A stretch of DNA of 60,389 nt, filler included, from 8 parts of 8 records of this genome joined end to end with filler, not necessarily neighbours in it, one strand, 5' to 3'; positions 27,399-39,422 are shown, counted from the whole stretch's first letter. Notes: generated by a model from the sequence alone, not told the origin. Numbers and translations: made by a program.

Positions 27399-29284
27399 TT
27401 ATCCCATGGCCCGTGCCGCTCTTCGGTTTCGCATCAATTGCAGCATGAAAATGGGCACCGCGCCGATAGCGCCGATGGCCATGGTATTCAATCCCGGCGC
27501 CACGAAGAACAGCGCCGCCACCGCCAGCCACCATCTTTCGTAGGTTTTTAACGTCCCGAAGGCGTAACCGGCAAAGGCCGTGCCCAGCAAACCGATGCCC
27601 ATGACACAGCCCGAAAGCGTGATGAAGAAAGCGGCCCAGGTGAAATCGCTGGTTACCATCAGCAACGACGGCGAATAGACGAAAACGAAGGGAACCAGGG
27701 CTTTGGCGATGCTGAGCCTGAAGGCGGTGTTGCCCGTCTTGAACGGGTTGGCGCCGGCGATGCCCGCGCCGGCGTAGGCCGCCAGTGCCACCGGCGGAGT
27801 CACATCGGCCAGCACGCCGTAATAGAAGACGAAGAAATGCGCCACCAAGGGTTCGATCCCCATCTGGGCAAGGGTCGGCGCGGCGATCGTAACCAGGATG
27901 ATATAGGTGGCGGTGGTCGGAATGCCGGCGCCCATGATGATGCAGGCAACGGCTGTGAAAACCAGGGTGAAGAACAGCGTCAGGGCTTCGACGGTGAAGA
28001 AGTAGCCGAACCACCCGGAGGTGATCCATTCGCTCAATTGGGCGGCGGACTGAACCACCATGAAACCCAGGCGGAAGCCGGTTCCGGTCAGAGTCACGAC
28101 GCCGACGATGACGCCGACCGATGCCGCCGCGGCACCGACGGAAAGCGCATATTTGGCCCCCGTCGACATCGCGCGAATGAAGGTTTTCAGCGTCAGGCGG
28201 TTTCTCGGATTGACGAACCCGACGACGACACAGGCGGTGATTCCCCAAAATGCCGCGAAGTCCGGCGTATATCCGTCGATGATCATGTAGATCAGGATGC
28301 CGAGCGGAAAAATCGTCATCCAGTGTTCCATGACGACTTTGATGAATTTCGGAAGTTCTTCGGCACTCAAACCACGAAGCCCAAGCCTTTTGGCCTCGAG
28401 GTGAACCATGACGAAAATGCCGAAATAGTGCATCATTGCCGGGAAAGTCGCCGCCAGCAGGATTTGCCGGTATGGGATCTCCAGGTATTCCACCATGATG
28501 AAGGCGGCGGCGCCCATGATCGGCGGCGTGATCTGCCCGCCGGTCGACGAACTGGCTTCGACCGCGCCCGAGAAATGCGGTGGGTATCCGATTTTTTTCA
28601 TGGCCGGGATGGTCAGGGCGCCGGTCGTTACCGTGTTGGCGATCGACGAGCCGGAAATGGTTCCCATCAATGCCGAGGAAAAGACGGCGACCTTTGCCGG
28701 GCCACCGGCATAACGGCCGGCCAGAACCTGTGCCACGTCAATGAATAACTGCCCGAGCCCGATCTCGGTGGCGAGCACGCCAAACAGCACGAACAGGAAC
28801 ACATACTTTGCCACCACCCCGATGGCGATGCCGTAGATTCCCTGGTTGGTCAGATAGAGATGATTGATCAGCGCCGTCCAACTGGCGCCGGAATGTTTCA
28901 TGACACCGGGCGCGTACTGCCCGTAAAGCGCATAAAAAATACAGATGATAACGATAATCGGAAGGGTGATGCCGACCGATCTTCGAGTTGCTTCCAGTAC
29001 CGCCAGTAAAAGCACGGTTCCCATGAAAACGTCGAAGGCCGATGGCGCGCCGACGCGGCTGGAAAGCTCTTCTGGCGACAGTAGCGGCAGATACAGAACC
29101 GCCCAAACAGCGATAACTGCAAAAATGAAATCGAGATAGCCGACGCCCTGGAGCCGGTGCCAGGCCTTGGGTGCTATTTCCGTCAGGTTCCGTTTCGTTG
29201 CTCCGAATACCAAGAACACTAGGCCCATAACGAAAGACAGGTGGATGGATCGATGAACCAGTTCCCGCATCAGGCCAAATGGGC
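27399..29284 (-). CDS. TRAP transporter fused 4TM/12TM permease (5' truncated)
   Basis: GGPAKVAV, SGSSIAN, STGGQITPPIMGAAAF, ADVTPPVALAAY. Confidence 0.92.
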
Positions 29285-29384
29285 NNNNNNNNNNNNNNNN
29301 NNNNNNNNNNNNNNNNNNNNNNNNNNNNTTAATTAATTAANNNNNNNNNNNNNNNNNNNNNNNNNNNNNNNNNNNNNNNNNNNN

Positions 29385-29671
29385 ATATTGATGCCCCCGT
29401 CGGGAAGGTTTATCTTCTTGACGATCTTGGCGGCGGTTCCCACCTGGTAGATATCCTCGGGGCCGGTGGCGCTCTCATCCTCCTCCTTCAGAAGGATCAG
29501 ACCGATGACTTTATCGTTCTCCATGGCCTGATTGACGATATCAATATCATCGTTTGAGGTGATCATTATGGGGGTGAATATTCCCGGGAATATGGGCTTC
29601 CCCAGAAGGGGGACTATGAACAGTTTGTCAGGGAGTGCCTGCTCTGCAACGATGATTTCATTATCCGACAT
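29385..29671 (-). CDS. lon: Lon protease N-terminal domain (3' truncated)
   Basis: LPDKLFIVPL..PIFPG..YQVGTAAKIVKKINLPDG. Confidence 0.85.
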
Positions 29672-29805
29672 TTAATACCTCTTTACTTACTATGCGTCTC
29701 ATTGAATTTAAAATTTCAGAGTGGCAAAGGCAAGGAAAATCCGGCTTTTCCTTCCGATTCTTTATAACCTATACTGGGGAGTATGATACGATGCGAGACG
29801 GCTGA

Positions 29806-30546
29806 ATGAACAGACTGGTCAAGGAGGATTATATCCCCTTAAGTTCCTCTCCCCTGGGTGACAACCACAGGCTCTGCCTCATCCTCAGTTCCGGCCGGGG
29901 ACTGATCCGTACCGCCGTATTCGGGGTGAACGGGAAGAAAGGGGGCGCCTTGCGGGCTCTTATCCAGCCCTTTTCCTTTTGCAGGGGAGACCTTTACTAC
30001 GATCCGGTAAAAAAGCTGTGGCGCCTGAAGGAGGGAGAGTGCCTGGAGATGCGGGACAGCTTCCACCTTCATCTGAACAAGTACTATGCCGCCCTGTTCT
30101 GGGCCGATCTGATCACAGGATCCCACGGGGGGGGCGGCAGTTCCGAGTTCTTTCATCTGACCCTGGAATTCCTGCGGCGCCTGGAGGGGGAAGAGAGCGC
30201 CCTGGTGGGGGATCTCTTTCTGGCTTATCTCTGGCGCTATCTGGAGTTCGAAGGGATACAGCCCGACTTGAATGCCTGCTCCCGCTGCGGCAGGAGGGCT
30301 CCCGCCGGACGGGCTCTCTGTTATGCGGCCGAGGGGCAGATCGTCTGTTCCCGCTGCCGGGTGGGAACCCTTCCCGTACTAAGCCATGAGGGACGGGCCT
30401 TTCTGAATTCCCCGGAAAGGAATTCGTCATTGAGTTCCGAAGGCCGGCAGAATCTGTCTTCCTATCTGATCAGTATCTGTAAGCCACATTTTCGTATGAA
30501 ATTGGACAGGGACGCCCTGAAAATCATACTTAATGAGGATGTTTAG
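29806..30546 (+). CDS. recO: DNA repair protein RecO
   Basis: OB-fold N-terminus (LGDNHR..IQPFS), QPDLNACSRCG..VCSRC zinc finger. Confidence 0.8.
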   Translation: MNRLVKEDYIPLSSSPLGDNHRLCLILSSGRGLIRTAVFGVNGKKGGALRALIQPFSFCRGDLYYDPVKKLWRLKEGECLEMRDSFHLHLNKYYAALFWADLITGSHGGGGSSEFFHLTLEFLRRLEGEESALVGDLFLAYLWRYLEFEGIQPDLNACSRCGRRAPAGRALCYAAEGQIVCSRCRVGTLPVLSHEGRAFLNSPERNSSLSSEGRQNLSSYLISICKPHFRMKLDRDALKIILNEDV

Positions 30547-30619
30547 GTCTCGTTTATTGAACTCATGCCGCCTTCCAGGGATATAATTTCACCATACAAA
30601 AAGTAATTCAAAATATTGA

Positions 30620-32719
30620 ATGGTGCGTTTTATGAAAATCAATTCCCTGAGGAACAGGCTGAGTTTCAGTCTGAATCTCTACTTCCTCTTCTTCCTGACC
30701 CTTGTGTTTGCCATGCTCGGCTTCCTTCTGAGACAGAGAGCGGACTTCCTTATCAGGGAGGACCAGAAGGGAAACCTGTCCATGCTGGCCGATGCGGTCA
30801 GCGATACCCTGGCGGCGGAGATGGACAATGTGGGCCATCTTATCTATGCACACTCTCTGAACCCCATTTACTCGGAAAGCCTGAAACAGGGGAACTTCTA
30901 TAGGGCCGACAGCGCCCTCGCGAAGCTGAAGTCCCAGAGCCAGTACTTCGAGATGGCCTATCTCCTGGATGCCGAGGGGATCGTCATGGGCACGACGGTA
31001 CACAGGCTTCGGGGAGAGGATTATTCGGATGAGACCTTCTTCGAGAGGGTTATGAATACGGTTGAGCCTTTCCTCGTGGAGTCTGCCGTGACGGAAACCA
31101 GTCTCAAGAAGTATCCGGGGGCCCTTATCACGTCTCCCGTCGTCGTGAACGGCCGGACCGTCGGTGTGCTGGTCCTCTCCATGAACATGCAGAGCTTCGG
31201 AAATAACTTCATCGTAGACCGCAGGATAGGAGAGACAGGTTACTCATTCGTTCTGGACAGCCGGGGTACCGTGTTCATCCATCCCGATCCGGAGATGCTT
31301 TTCCGCAACGCCGGGGATATGGACTCTATGAAGGACCTTCTCGAGAGCGGGGAGAAGGTCGTCTACAGTTCTTTTTCCAGTGAAGGACGGGGCCGGCAGG
31401 GGGTTTTTCACAGGATGGATGAGCCCGAATGGCTGATCGCAACGGTGATCGACGACTCCGAGGTGTTCCGTCTCTCCAGGGAGATCGGATCCATCCTCAT
31501 CCTCCTTCTTCTGGCGGCGGATGTTCTTCTGATCTTCTTTCTGAACTTTGTGGTCCGCCGGAAGATAACGGCCCGTCTCCAGCCCCTGGAGCAGCTTATG
31601 GCCGGCGCAGCCGAGGGCAGGATCAGCGAGAAGGGCCGGGACAGCGGCAGGGATGAGGTGGCTTCCATCACAAACAGCTATAACAGCCTGGCCGACTCGC
31701 TGAGCGATTTCTTCACGGGACTGGGATCCAGGATGAACGACATGGAGTCGGGGGGTATCGAGCTGGCCAGCCATATGGAGGAAACCGCTGCCTCGGTTCA
31801 TCAGATCAAGGCGAACATCGACGGCTCCATGAAGCAGATCCGCCTCCAGGATCAGAGCGTCCACGAAACCGCCGGAGCCGTAAGCCAGGCGGCCGGAAGC
31901 ATCGAACGGATGGAGCGGGCCGTGGAGGTCCAGACCGCCGGCGTGCTGAGCTCATCCACCTCTGTGGAGCAGTTGATCGCGCAGGCCGACTCCATATCGA
32001 AATCCACCGAGCGGGCCGGTTCCTCTATGGATGACCTGACCGCAGCGGCGCAGTCCGGAAGGGGAAAGCTGGATGAGGTCGCCGCCTTGATAGGCGATAT
32101 CAGCGACGGTTCCCATCGGCTTGAGGATGCCAACCGGCTTATCTCGGGGATCGCGGCCCGTACCAATCTGCTTGCCATGAATGCGGCCATCGAAGCGGCC
32201 CATGCGGGAGACGCGGGCAGGGGATTCGCCGTTGTGGCCGATGAGATCCGGAAGCTTGCCGAGCAGTCTTCACTCCAGTCAATAGAGGTGGGAGAGTCCA
32301 TCAAAGGGATCAACGAGGGGATCCGGATGGTCGTGGAGGGCTCGGGAGAGTCGGGCCGGTCCTTTGAGAAGATCCAGAGCGGGATAGAGACTATGAACCG
32401 CGTCACCTCCGAGATCCGGTCGGCTATGGCTGAGCTGAGTTCCGGAGGCGGCGAGGTGCTTCGCTCACTGTCGGAAATGAGACGGCAGGCCGAGAACGTA
32501 CGCGGCCAGTCGATGGAGTTGACGAGCGGAAACCGTGTGATCCTGAATGCGGTTGAATCCCTGAGCCGGATCAGCGCCCGGGTTCTGCGGGCCATGGACG
32601 AGATCAACCAGGGCATCGGCGAGATCAACAGCTCGGTGGATACGGTCGCCGGTTTGAGTGAGAAAAACCGTTCCAATATTGAAGAGCTGCGACAGGATGC
32701 ATCAAAATATAAGGTATGA
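30620..32719 (+). CDS. Methyl-accepting chemotaxis protein (dCache-HAMP-MA)
   Basis: Two TMs, [14 protein letters not shown] Cache motif, [35 protein letters not shown]. Confidence 0.95.
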   Translation: MVRFMKINSLRNRLSFSLNLYFLFFLTLVFAMLGFLLRQRADFLIREDQKGNLSMLADAVSDTLAAEMDNVGHLIYAHSLNPIYSESLKQGNFYRADSALAKLKSQSQYFEMAYLLDAEGIVMGTTVHRLRGEDYSDETFFERVMNTVEPFLVESAVTETSLKKYPGALITSPVVVNGRTVGVLVLSMNMQSFGNNFIVDRRIGETGYSFVLDSRGTVFIHPDPEMLFRNAGDMDSMKDLLESGEKVVYSSFSSEGRGRQGVFHRMDEPEWLIATVIDDSEVFRLSREIGSILILLLLAADVLLIFFLNFVVRRKITARLQPLEQLMAGAAEGRISEKGRDSGRDEVASITNSYNSLADSLSDFFTGLGSRMNDMESGGIELASHMEETAASVHQIKANIDGSMKQIRLQDQSVHETAGAVSQAAGSIERMERAVEVQTAGVLSSSTSVEQLIAQADSISKSTERAGSSMDDLTAAAQSGRGKLDEVAALIGDISDGSHRLEDANRLISGIAARTNLLAMNAAIEAAHAGDAGRGFAVVADEIRKLAEQSSLQSIEVGESIKGINEGIRMVVEGSGESGRSFEKIQSGIETMNRVTSEIRSAMAELSSGGGEVLRSLSEMRRQAENVRGQSMELTSGNRVILNAVESLSRISARVLRAMDEINQGIGEINSSVDTVAGLSEKNRSNIEELRQDASKYKV

Positions 32720-33255
32720 GACGTCTTTTTCTAGCCCTGCCTCCCCGTGAGGAGGATGCCGCGGCCCTCTGGAGGCAGTGGGAGCCGCGGCGGATATCCT
32801 CTCCCCGCATCCGGTGGCTTCCCCCGGAGGACTACCACATCACCCTGCTCTTCTTCGGCCCCGTTGAGGAAGAGCGCATCTCCCTGATACTGGATCAAAT
32901 GGACCGCTGCGCCCCCTTTTACAAACCCTTCGCTCTGAGAAGCGCAGGGGCCGATCAATTCCCACGAAGGGGGGCGGCCCGGGTCTACGTGGAGTCACTG
33001 GAAGACCCCGACGGCCGTCTGGGATCGCTACACAGCCTGCTCCGCAGGAATCTGGAGGCCGATTTTTCTCTTGAGAAGAGGAAGTTTCTCCCCCATATAA
33101 CCACAGCCCGTCTTAAGAAGAGTTCCCGGGCTCTGCCCCCTTACAGGGATGAGCCCCTTGAGTTCGTGCTTGACCGCCTGGTGCTCTTCGAGTCCAGGCT
33201 CCATCCTTCAGGGGCCGTCTACGATCCTCTTTACGAGCTCCCCTTTCCCAGTTGA
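32716..33255 (+). CDS. thpR: RNA 2',3'-cyclic phosphodiesterase (2'-5' RNA ligase family)
   Basis: MRRLFLAL, two HxT motifs (YHITL, PHITT), [13 protein letters not shown]. Confidence 0.9.
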   Translation: MRRLFLALPPREEDAAALWRQWEPRRISSPRIRWLPPEDYHITLLFFGPVEEERISLILDQMDRCAPFYKPFALRSAGADQFPRRGAARVYVESLEDPDGRLGSLHSLLRRNLEADFSLEKRKFLPHITTARLKKSSRALPPYRDEPLEFVLDRLVLFESRLHPSGAVYDPLYELPFPS

Positions 33256-33424
33256 GGGGCCATAACCCTCCCGGGGCAATACATCCGGGAAGGATGACGG
33301 GGGCCGGGGAGAGCGGGGAGGTGGCCGCCCGGCCTCCGGCCGCCGGGGGGGAGGCCTGACAAGAGATCCCGAGGGCTGACAAGAGGGGCCCTTTAGGAGT
33401 ATTTTATTACCAGGAGAAACGAAT

Positions 33425-34735
33425 ATGCGTACCGCCGACATAATTATGAAGAAACGGAACGGAGGCGTCCTCAGCGAAGAGGAACTCCGTTTTTTTATAG
33501 ACGGGTACTCCCGCGGAGATATCCCCGATTACCAGGCCGCCGCCTGGCTTATGGCCGTTTACTTTCAGGGGATGACGCCGGAGGAGACGGGGCTGCTGAC
33601 CCGGCTTATGATGGAGTCGGGGAAGGTTATGGATCTGAGCGCTCTCGCCGGTCCCCTGGTGGACAAGCACTCCACCGGTGGCGTAGGGGATAAGACCTCC
33701 CTTATCCTGGCTCCCCTGGCCGCCGCCTGCGGGGCACAGGTCCCCATGATGAGCGGGCGCGCCCTGGGCCATACGGGGGGCACCCTTGACAAGCTGGAAT
33801 CCATCAAGGGCTATACCATCGATGCCGATGAGGCCTCCCTCAAAAGCATTATCGCAGAGGCGGGCTATGCCGTCATAGGCCAGACAGCCGAGGTGGTTCC
33901 CGCCGACCGGAAGATGTACGCCCTCAGGGACGTGACCTCTACGGTGGAGTCCATCCCCCTGATCACAGCCAGCATCCTCAGCAAGAAGCTGGCCGAGGGA
34001 GCCGACTCGCTTGTCTTTGACGTGAAGTGCGGTTCCGGCGCCTTTATGAAGACCCTGGACCAGGCCGAGCTTCTCGCCGACTCTCTTGTGAACACCGGGG
34101 AGAGCATGGGCCGGCGCGTCATCGCCCTGATCACCTCCATGGAGGAGCCTCTGGGCCGGACCGTTGGAAATTTTCTGGAGGTGGAGGAGGCCTGGGACTG
34201 TCTGCAGGGCAGGGGACCGTCCGACCTGATGGAGGTTTCCCTGGCCCTCTGTTCCCGCATGCTTCAGGCCGCAGGCATCTGTACTTCCGCCGAAGAGGGA
34301 ATCGCGCTCTGCGAAAAGAGCATCGCCGACGGATCGGGTGCCGATCATTTCAGGAAAAACCTGATCGCCCAGGGGGGCGACTGGGAGTGGTTCAGCCGGG
34401 CGGCCGGCAGCTGGCGGGCCCCTGTGAAGGCCGCGTTCAAGGCTGAGGAAGGGGGCGTCATCCAGAAGATCGACGCCTTCAAGACCGGTATGTGCGCCCT
34501 GGGACTGGGAGTGGGGAGAAACAAGGCAGAGGATCCCGTCCTGCCCCATACGGGGCTTCTCTTCCATAAAAAATGCGGGGATGCCGTAGAGCCGGGTGAT
34601 ACGATCTGCGAGGTCTACGCTCCCGACGAGGCGTCGGCCGGAAAGGCATTGAGCGCATTGAGCGAAACGATTGAAACAAGCCGGGGCGAGTACGCTCCCG
34701 CTCCTCTGATTCTGAAAGAACGCGGAGCCCTGTAA
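33425..34735 (+). CDS. pdp: Pyrimidine-nucleoside / thymidine phosphorylase
   Basis: DKHSTGGVGDK, MSGRALGHTGGTLDKLESI, SILSKKLA, DVKCGSGAFMK. Confidence 0.93.
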   Translation: MRTADIIMKKRNGGVLSEEELRFFIDGYSRGDIPDYQAAAWLMAVYFQGMTPEETGLLTRLMMESGKVMDLSALAGPLVDKHSTGGVGDKTSLILAPLAAACGAQVPMMSGRALGHTGGTLDKLESIKGYTIDADEASLKSIIAEAGYAVIGQTAEVVPADRKMYALRDVTSTVESIPLITASILSKKLAEGADSLVFDVKCGSGAFMKTLDQAELLADSLVNTGESMGRRVIALITSMEEPLGRTVGNFLEVEEAWDCLQGRGPSDLMEVSLALCSRMLQAAGICTSAEEGIALCEKSIADGSGADHFRKNLIAQGGDWEWFSRAAGSWRAPVKAAFKAEEGGVIQKIDAFKTGMCALGLGVGRNKAEDPVLPHTGLLFHKKCGDAVEPGDTICEVYAPDEASAGKALSALSETIETSRGEYAPAPLILKERGAL

Positions 34736-34741
34736 ATATTG

Positions 34742-36847
34742 ATGAACTGGAATAAAAAAGACATATCGACCGAAGAGGTCCGGCAGCTGGCGGAAAAGAC
34801 GGGAATGGATCTGCTTCAGGCCTCCATACTCCTGCGCCGCGGCTTTTCTATCGGGGACAGCCCCTTCTTTCTTGAGGACGATCTGCGATATCTCCACAAT
34901 CCCTTTCTCTTCCGGCATATGGCGGACGTGGTGGACAGGATCCACACGGCCGCGGAAGAAGAGGAGCATGTCCTTATCTGCGGCGACCGGGACGTGGACG
35001 GCATCACCTCCACCGTCCTTCTCTACGAGGCCCTGAAAGAGGCGGGGATCGAGGCGGAGTGGAAGGTCCCCACCGGGGATGAGGCCTATGGACTGAACCC
35101 GGAGGTGATACGCGACTTCGCCGGGAGAGACGGATCGCTAATCTTCTGTGTGGACTGCGGAATCTCCGATTTCGACGAGGTGGCCCTTGCGGGAGAGCTG
35201 GGGATAGATGTGGTCATCCTGGATCATCACAATCCCCGGGGCGACCGCCTCCCCGACGCCCTGAGCATCATCAATCCCAAGGTGGCCGAGGATGACTATC
35301 CCTTCGAAGGCCTGGCGGGCTGCGCCGTGGTATCCAAGCTGGTCTGGGCTCTCTGTTTCGCCAGGACCGAGCTCTACAATCAGGGCTGCTGCTTCTTTTA
35401 TATTGACGCCCGGATTCGTCAGCTCCAGATTTATCAGTACCTCAACCTGGCGGAGACGGGACGGAGGACCTACCCCCTGGACGGCGAGGTCCCTCTGGAA
35501 GAGCTGGCCGAATACCTGAAGGGCTGGCCCCTGTTCACATACGGCCTGGCCGAGCAGAAACCCATGCTGGATGAGATCTTCGGCCGCAGCGCCGATCTGC
35601 ATCTGACCGATCTGGCCGTTGAGCTTTGCCGGGATTTCCCCTCTCTTAAGGGCCATCCTTTTTCAACCCTTCGGGATAAGAGCCGCCTGGCCCGTTACAG
35701 CGAAGAGGAACCGGATAACGGCCAGGCCTTTCTCCATCTCTTTTCCGCACTGATGCTGGGCCGTTACGAGGGGGTGTTCTCATCCTATGAATCGGCTCTG
35801 GATCTGACGGCCCTGGGTACGCTTGCCGATCTCATGCCCCTGAAGGATGAGAACAGGATCATGGTCAAGCGGGGGCTTCCCTTTCTCGCCAAGGCCCTCC
35901 GTCCTGGTCTTCGGGAGCTCTTTCTCCGCCAGCGCATTCTGGGCAAGCCCATCGATACGGGGGACGTCTCCTGGTCCATCTCTCCCTGGATCAACTCATC
36001 CGGCAGGATGGGGCAGGCGGATAAGGCGGTCAGGATGTTCCTTACCGCCGATGACGGGGAGAGGAGCCGCCTGGCCGATGAGCTTCACGAGCTCAATCAG
36101 GAGCGAAAGAAACTGGGCGATTCCCTCTGGGACGCGGCTGTGAAGGAGGCCGGAGAGAGCCTGGACTCTCTTCACGGCAAGCTTACCTTTGTCCGCAGCC
36201 AGGAGATTCCCAGGGGGATCACGGGGATCCTGGCCGCCCGGATGGTCAACGCCTTTTCCGTTCCCTCTCTCATTCTCTCCCGCCAGGCCGACGGCACCCT
36301 GTCCGGCTCGCTTCGCAGCCCCAGAGACTGTCCCATTCAGGGGCTTCTCCATGCCCACGGGGAGATGTTCATCGACTTCGGCGGCCACGACTGCGCCGCC
36401 GGCTTCAGCATGGAGGGACAGAAGGAGCAGGAGTTCCTCAGCCGCCTGGCTGAATTCTGCAAGGACTGGAGCCCCGAGATAAGCGAGGATGTGCTGGAGG
36501 TGGACGCCGAGATTCCCCCCTCCTATCTGAAGCCCTCGCTCTGGGATATGGTCAGCGCCATGGGGCCCTACGGCGAAGGCTTCCGCCCCCTGGTCTTCTA
36601 CAGCCGGAACCTGCTGATCGAAAAGGCCGAGCTCATCGGTAAGGAGCCCCAGAACCATCTGAAATTCCTCCTCTCTTCGGAGAACTCCAAATTCCCCGCC
36701 CTCTACTGGAACGGAGCGGAAAAATACGGGGACCATTTTAGCCCTGACAATCGGGTTGATCTGCTGTATCATGTAAACCGTAATCATTATATGAACCGTG
36801 AGACCCTGCAGATTACGGTCATCGACATGGAGCCCTCCGTTGAATAA
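34742..36847 (+). CDS. recJ: ssDNA-specific exonuclease RecJ
   Basis: GDRDVDG, VDCG, LDHH, LGTLAD, FGGHDCAAG; carries a central insertion. Confidence 0.93.
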   Translation: MNWNKKDISTEEVRQLAEKTGMDLLQASILLRRGFSIGDSPFFLEDDLRYLHNPFLFRHMADVVDRIHTAAEEEEHVLICGDRDVDGITSTVLLYEALKEAGIEAEWKVPTGDEAYGLNPEVIRDFAGRDGSLIFCVDCGISDFDEVALAGELGIDVVILDHHNPRGDRLPDALSIINPKVAEDDYPFEGLAGCAVVSKLVWALCFARTELYNQGCCFFYIDARIRQLQIYQYLNLAETGRRTYPLDGEVPLEELAEYLKGWPLFTYGLAEQKPMLDEIFGRSADLHLTDLAVELCRDFPSLKGHPFSTLRDKSRLARYSEEEPDNGQAFLHLFSALMLGRYEGVFSSYESALDLTALGTLADLMPLKDENRIMVKRGLPFLAKALRPGLRELFLRQRILGKPIDTGDVSWSISPWINSSGRMGQADKAVRMFLTADDGERSRLADELHELNQERKKLGDSLWDAAVKEAGESLDSLHGKLTFVRSQEIPRGITGILAARMVNAFSVPSLILSRQADGTLSGSLRSPRDCPIQGLLHAHGEMFIDFGGHDCAAGFSMEGQKEQEFLSRLAEFCKDWSPEISEDVLEVDAEIPPSYLKPSLWDMVSAMGPYGEGFRPLVFYSRNLLIEKAELIGKEPQNHLKFLLSSENSKFPALYWNGAEKYGDHFSPDNRVDLLYHVNRNHYMNRETLQITVIDMEPSVE

Positions 36848-37094
36848 AAGACTGAAATTCATTTCTCTCTTCTGCTTCCTCCTCGCCTCCCTCTCTCTCG
36901 AGGCCCAAAGCCTCCTCTCCACAGCTCAGGCCATGCCCGGCGAGGTGCTTACGGCCGTCGTGCACAAGGGCGAAGCAGATGACAAGGTCGACTTCATGCT
37001 CAGCGATGAGAGCGGCAAGGTCCGTTCCCGTGCGGCCGGCCTTCCCTTCGATCTGGAGGAGCTGGAGGGACATCAGTACGTCGGCCTTCTCGGG
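36840..37094 (+). CDS. Exported protein N-terminus (truncated; possibly M23 peptidase family)
   Basis: TTG start overlapping the recJ stop; signal peptide KRLKFISLFCFLLASLSLEA; product is a guess. Confidence 0.45.
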
Positions 37095-37194
37095 NNNNNN
37101 NNNNNNNNNNNNNNNNNNNNNNNNNNNNNNNNNNNNNNTTAATTAATTAANNNNNNNNNNNNNNNNNNNNNNNNNNNNNNNNNNNNNNNNNNNN

Positions 37195-37717
37195 TGACCA
37201 GTCCGAAGCCCTGGTCATGTCCGATTATGTGGCCGTGATGAACAACGGCCGGTTCGAGCAGGTGGATACGCCCCAGAACCTCTACGCCAACCCGGCCACC
37301 CCGTTCACCGCCCAGTTTGTCGGCGATAACAACGCCTGGTCGGGCCGGATCACGGATCTTTCCGGCACCCGGGCCACCATTGAGACCCCCGAGGGCAACA
37401 GCTTCACCGTCAATACCAATGGCAAACCCCTTGCCCCGGATGCCGGGGTGGATCTTTTCCTGCGGCCCGAGGCCATGCTGATCCAGCCCGATCCGGCCAT
37501 GGCCCAGCTGAACCGCTTTGAGGTGATCGTCAAGGCGATCCTCTTTGACGGGGCCAACTCCCGGCTCCTCGCCACCCCGTTGAATTCGGAAAAGGAGCTC
37601 ATCATCGGGCTGCCCCAGAACCGGCAGTTTGACCATATCCGGCCCGCCGACCGGATCGAGATCGGCTGGCACGAAGATTCGGGCACCTGTTTCCCGGGAA
37701 AAGAGGCCCGGTCATGA
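37195..37717 (+). CDS. potA: Polyamine ABC ATP-binding protein (5' truncated)
   Basis: (H)DQSEALVMSD..LYANPATPFTAQFVG, TOBE-like LRPE; precedes potB/potC-like genes. Confidence 0.8.
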
Positions 37718-38571
37718 AGAATCAAGGCAGATGGTATCTCTTTTTTTTCCTGACACCGATCCTGCTCTGGCTGTTCCTCCTGATCCTGCTGCCCCACATG
37801 GACCTGCTGATCATGTCCTTCCGGGCCGAGGACGATTACGGGGATATGGTATGGAGCTTTGCCAATTATCTCAATTTCTTTGACGAACCCATCTACTGGG
37901 CCACCTTCGCCCGGACCGCCCTTTACTCCATCCTGGTGACCGTGCTGACCTTCATCATCGCCCTGCCGGTCTCCTTCTACATCACCCATGTGGTGTCGCC
38001 GAAATTCTCCGGTTTTCTCATGCTGCTGCTCCTGTTGCCCTTCTGGGTGAGCGAGCTTGTCCGGGTGTACGGATGGATGATCCTGTTACGGGAGAGCGGA
38101 GTGATCAACCATTTCCTGGTGCAGCTGGGCATCCTGGAGAAACCCGTGGAGATGCTCTACAACGATGCCGCCATGATCCTGGGGCTTGTCTACACTTCCA
38201 TGCTTTTCATGGTGGTGCCCCTGATCTCGGTGCTGGAAAGCCTGGACAGGGCCCTCATCGAGGCAGCCTATGACCTGGGTGCCAACATGTGGACCATCCT
38301 TATCCGGATCATCATCCCCCATTCCATGCCGGGCATCGTGTCCGGGTCCATCGTGGTGTTCATGCTGACCCTGGGTAACTATCTGACCCCCAACCTCATG
38401 GGCGGCAAGAACTCCCTGTGGTTCACCGAGCAGATTTACAACCAGTTCATCGCCAGCTTCAACTGGAACCAGGGAAGCGCCTTCGGCTTTTTACTGCTGG
38501 TTCTCTCCTCTTTGATCATATGGGCGGGCCTGAAACTGACCGGCCAGAAACTCAGCAAGGTGGTGAAATGA
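37714..38571 (+). CDS. potB: Polyamine ABC permease
   Basis: LPFWVSELVRVYGW, EAAYDLGA, PHSMPGIVSG. Confidence 0.85.
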   Translation: MKNQGRWYLFFFLTPILLWLFLLILLPHMDLLIMSFRAEDDYGDMVWSFANYLNFFDEPIYWATFARTALYSILVTVLTFIIALPVSFYITHVVSPKFSGFLMLLLLLPFWVSELVRVYGWMILLRESGVINHFLVQLGILEKPVEMLYNDAAMILGLVYTSMLFMVVPLISVLESLDRALIEAAYDLGANMWTILIRIIIPHSMPGIVSGSIVVFMLTLGNYLTPNLMGGKNSLWFTEQIYNQFIASFNWNQGSAFGFLLLVLSSLIIWAGLKLTGQKLSKVVK

Positions 38572-39422
38572 TACGAACCCTACCCAATTCAAAGACCTAT
38601 TCCTTCTGCTTCAAGCTTTACGTGACGCTTTTCTTTATTTTCCTCTTTGCACCTCTTGCCGTGACATCCATCCTGGCGTTCAACGACTCCATGTTTCCGG
38701 CCCTGCCGTGGAACGGCTTCTGCCTGGACTGGTTTTTCGCCGACACCTCCTCCCGGGTGGGCATCTTCCACGACCGGATGAACCTTGACAGCATCCTTGT
38801 CAGTGCCGAGACCGCCTTTTTCGTCTCCCTTTTCGCCACATCCGTGGGTACCCTGGGCGCGTTTTTGTTCGAGCAGGAGGATTTCCGGTTCAAGCAGCTC
38901 CTCTATTTCTTCATGCTGCTGCCGTTGGTGATCCCCGGGGTTATTCTGGGCATCTCCATCCTGCTTTTTTCCAACACCCTGGGCACCTTTTTCGAGGAGT
39001 CCCTCAGCCTGGACGTGGGGCTGTTTCGGCCCGGGTTCTGGCTGGTGGTGCTGGGGCAGTTCTCCTTTATCACCACCTTTGTCACCCTGGTGGTGTCGGC
39101 CCGGCTGAAGAAATTCGACCGGACCCTGGAAGAGGCCGCCCTGAACCTGGGGGCCAACCGCCTGGAGGTGATCTGGCATATCACCCTGAAATTCCTGCGC
39201 CCGGCCATCATCGGGGCCGGGGCCGTGGCGTTCCTCATGTCCTTTGAGAATTTCAACACCACCCTGTTCCTGGTGGGGTCACAGCCCACCCTGCCCATCA
39301 ATCTCTATCTCCAGGTCAGGGACGGCAGCACTCCGGTGATCAATGCCATCTCCTTCCTGATGATCTTCGGCACTTCCCTCATGGCCTTTGCCAATCTTTA
39401 CTTCAGCAAGAAAACCGAGTAA
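38568..39422 (+). CDS. potC: Polyamine ABC permease
   Basis: ATGA overlap at 38568; LPLVIPGVILG, LEEAALNLGA, TPVINAIS. Confidence 0.85.
   Translation: MIRTLPNSKTYSFCFKLYVTLFFIFLFAPLAVTSILAFNDSMFPALPWNGFCLDWFFADTSSRVGIFHDRMNLDSILVSAETAFFVSLFATSVGTLGAFLFEQEDFRFKQLLYFFMLLPLVIPGVILGISILLFSNTLGTFFEESLSLDVGLFRPGFWLVVLGQFSFITTFVTLVVSARLKKFDRTLEEAALNLGANRLEVIWHITLKFLRPAIIGAGAVAFLMSFENFNTTLFLVGSQPTLPINLYLQVRDGSTPVINAISFLMIFGTSLMAFANLYFSKKTE

Noticed and set aside
29732-29752. AAGGAAAA/TTTTCCTT inverted repeat between lon and recO
   Set aside because: Short and low-complexity, and does not match a CIRCE or LexA box that I can recognise.
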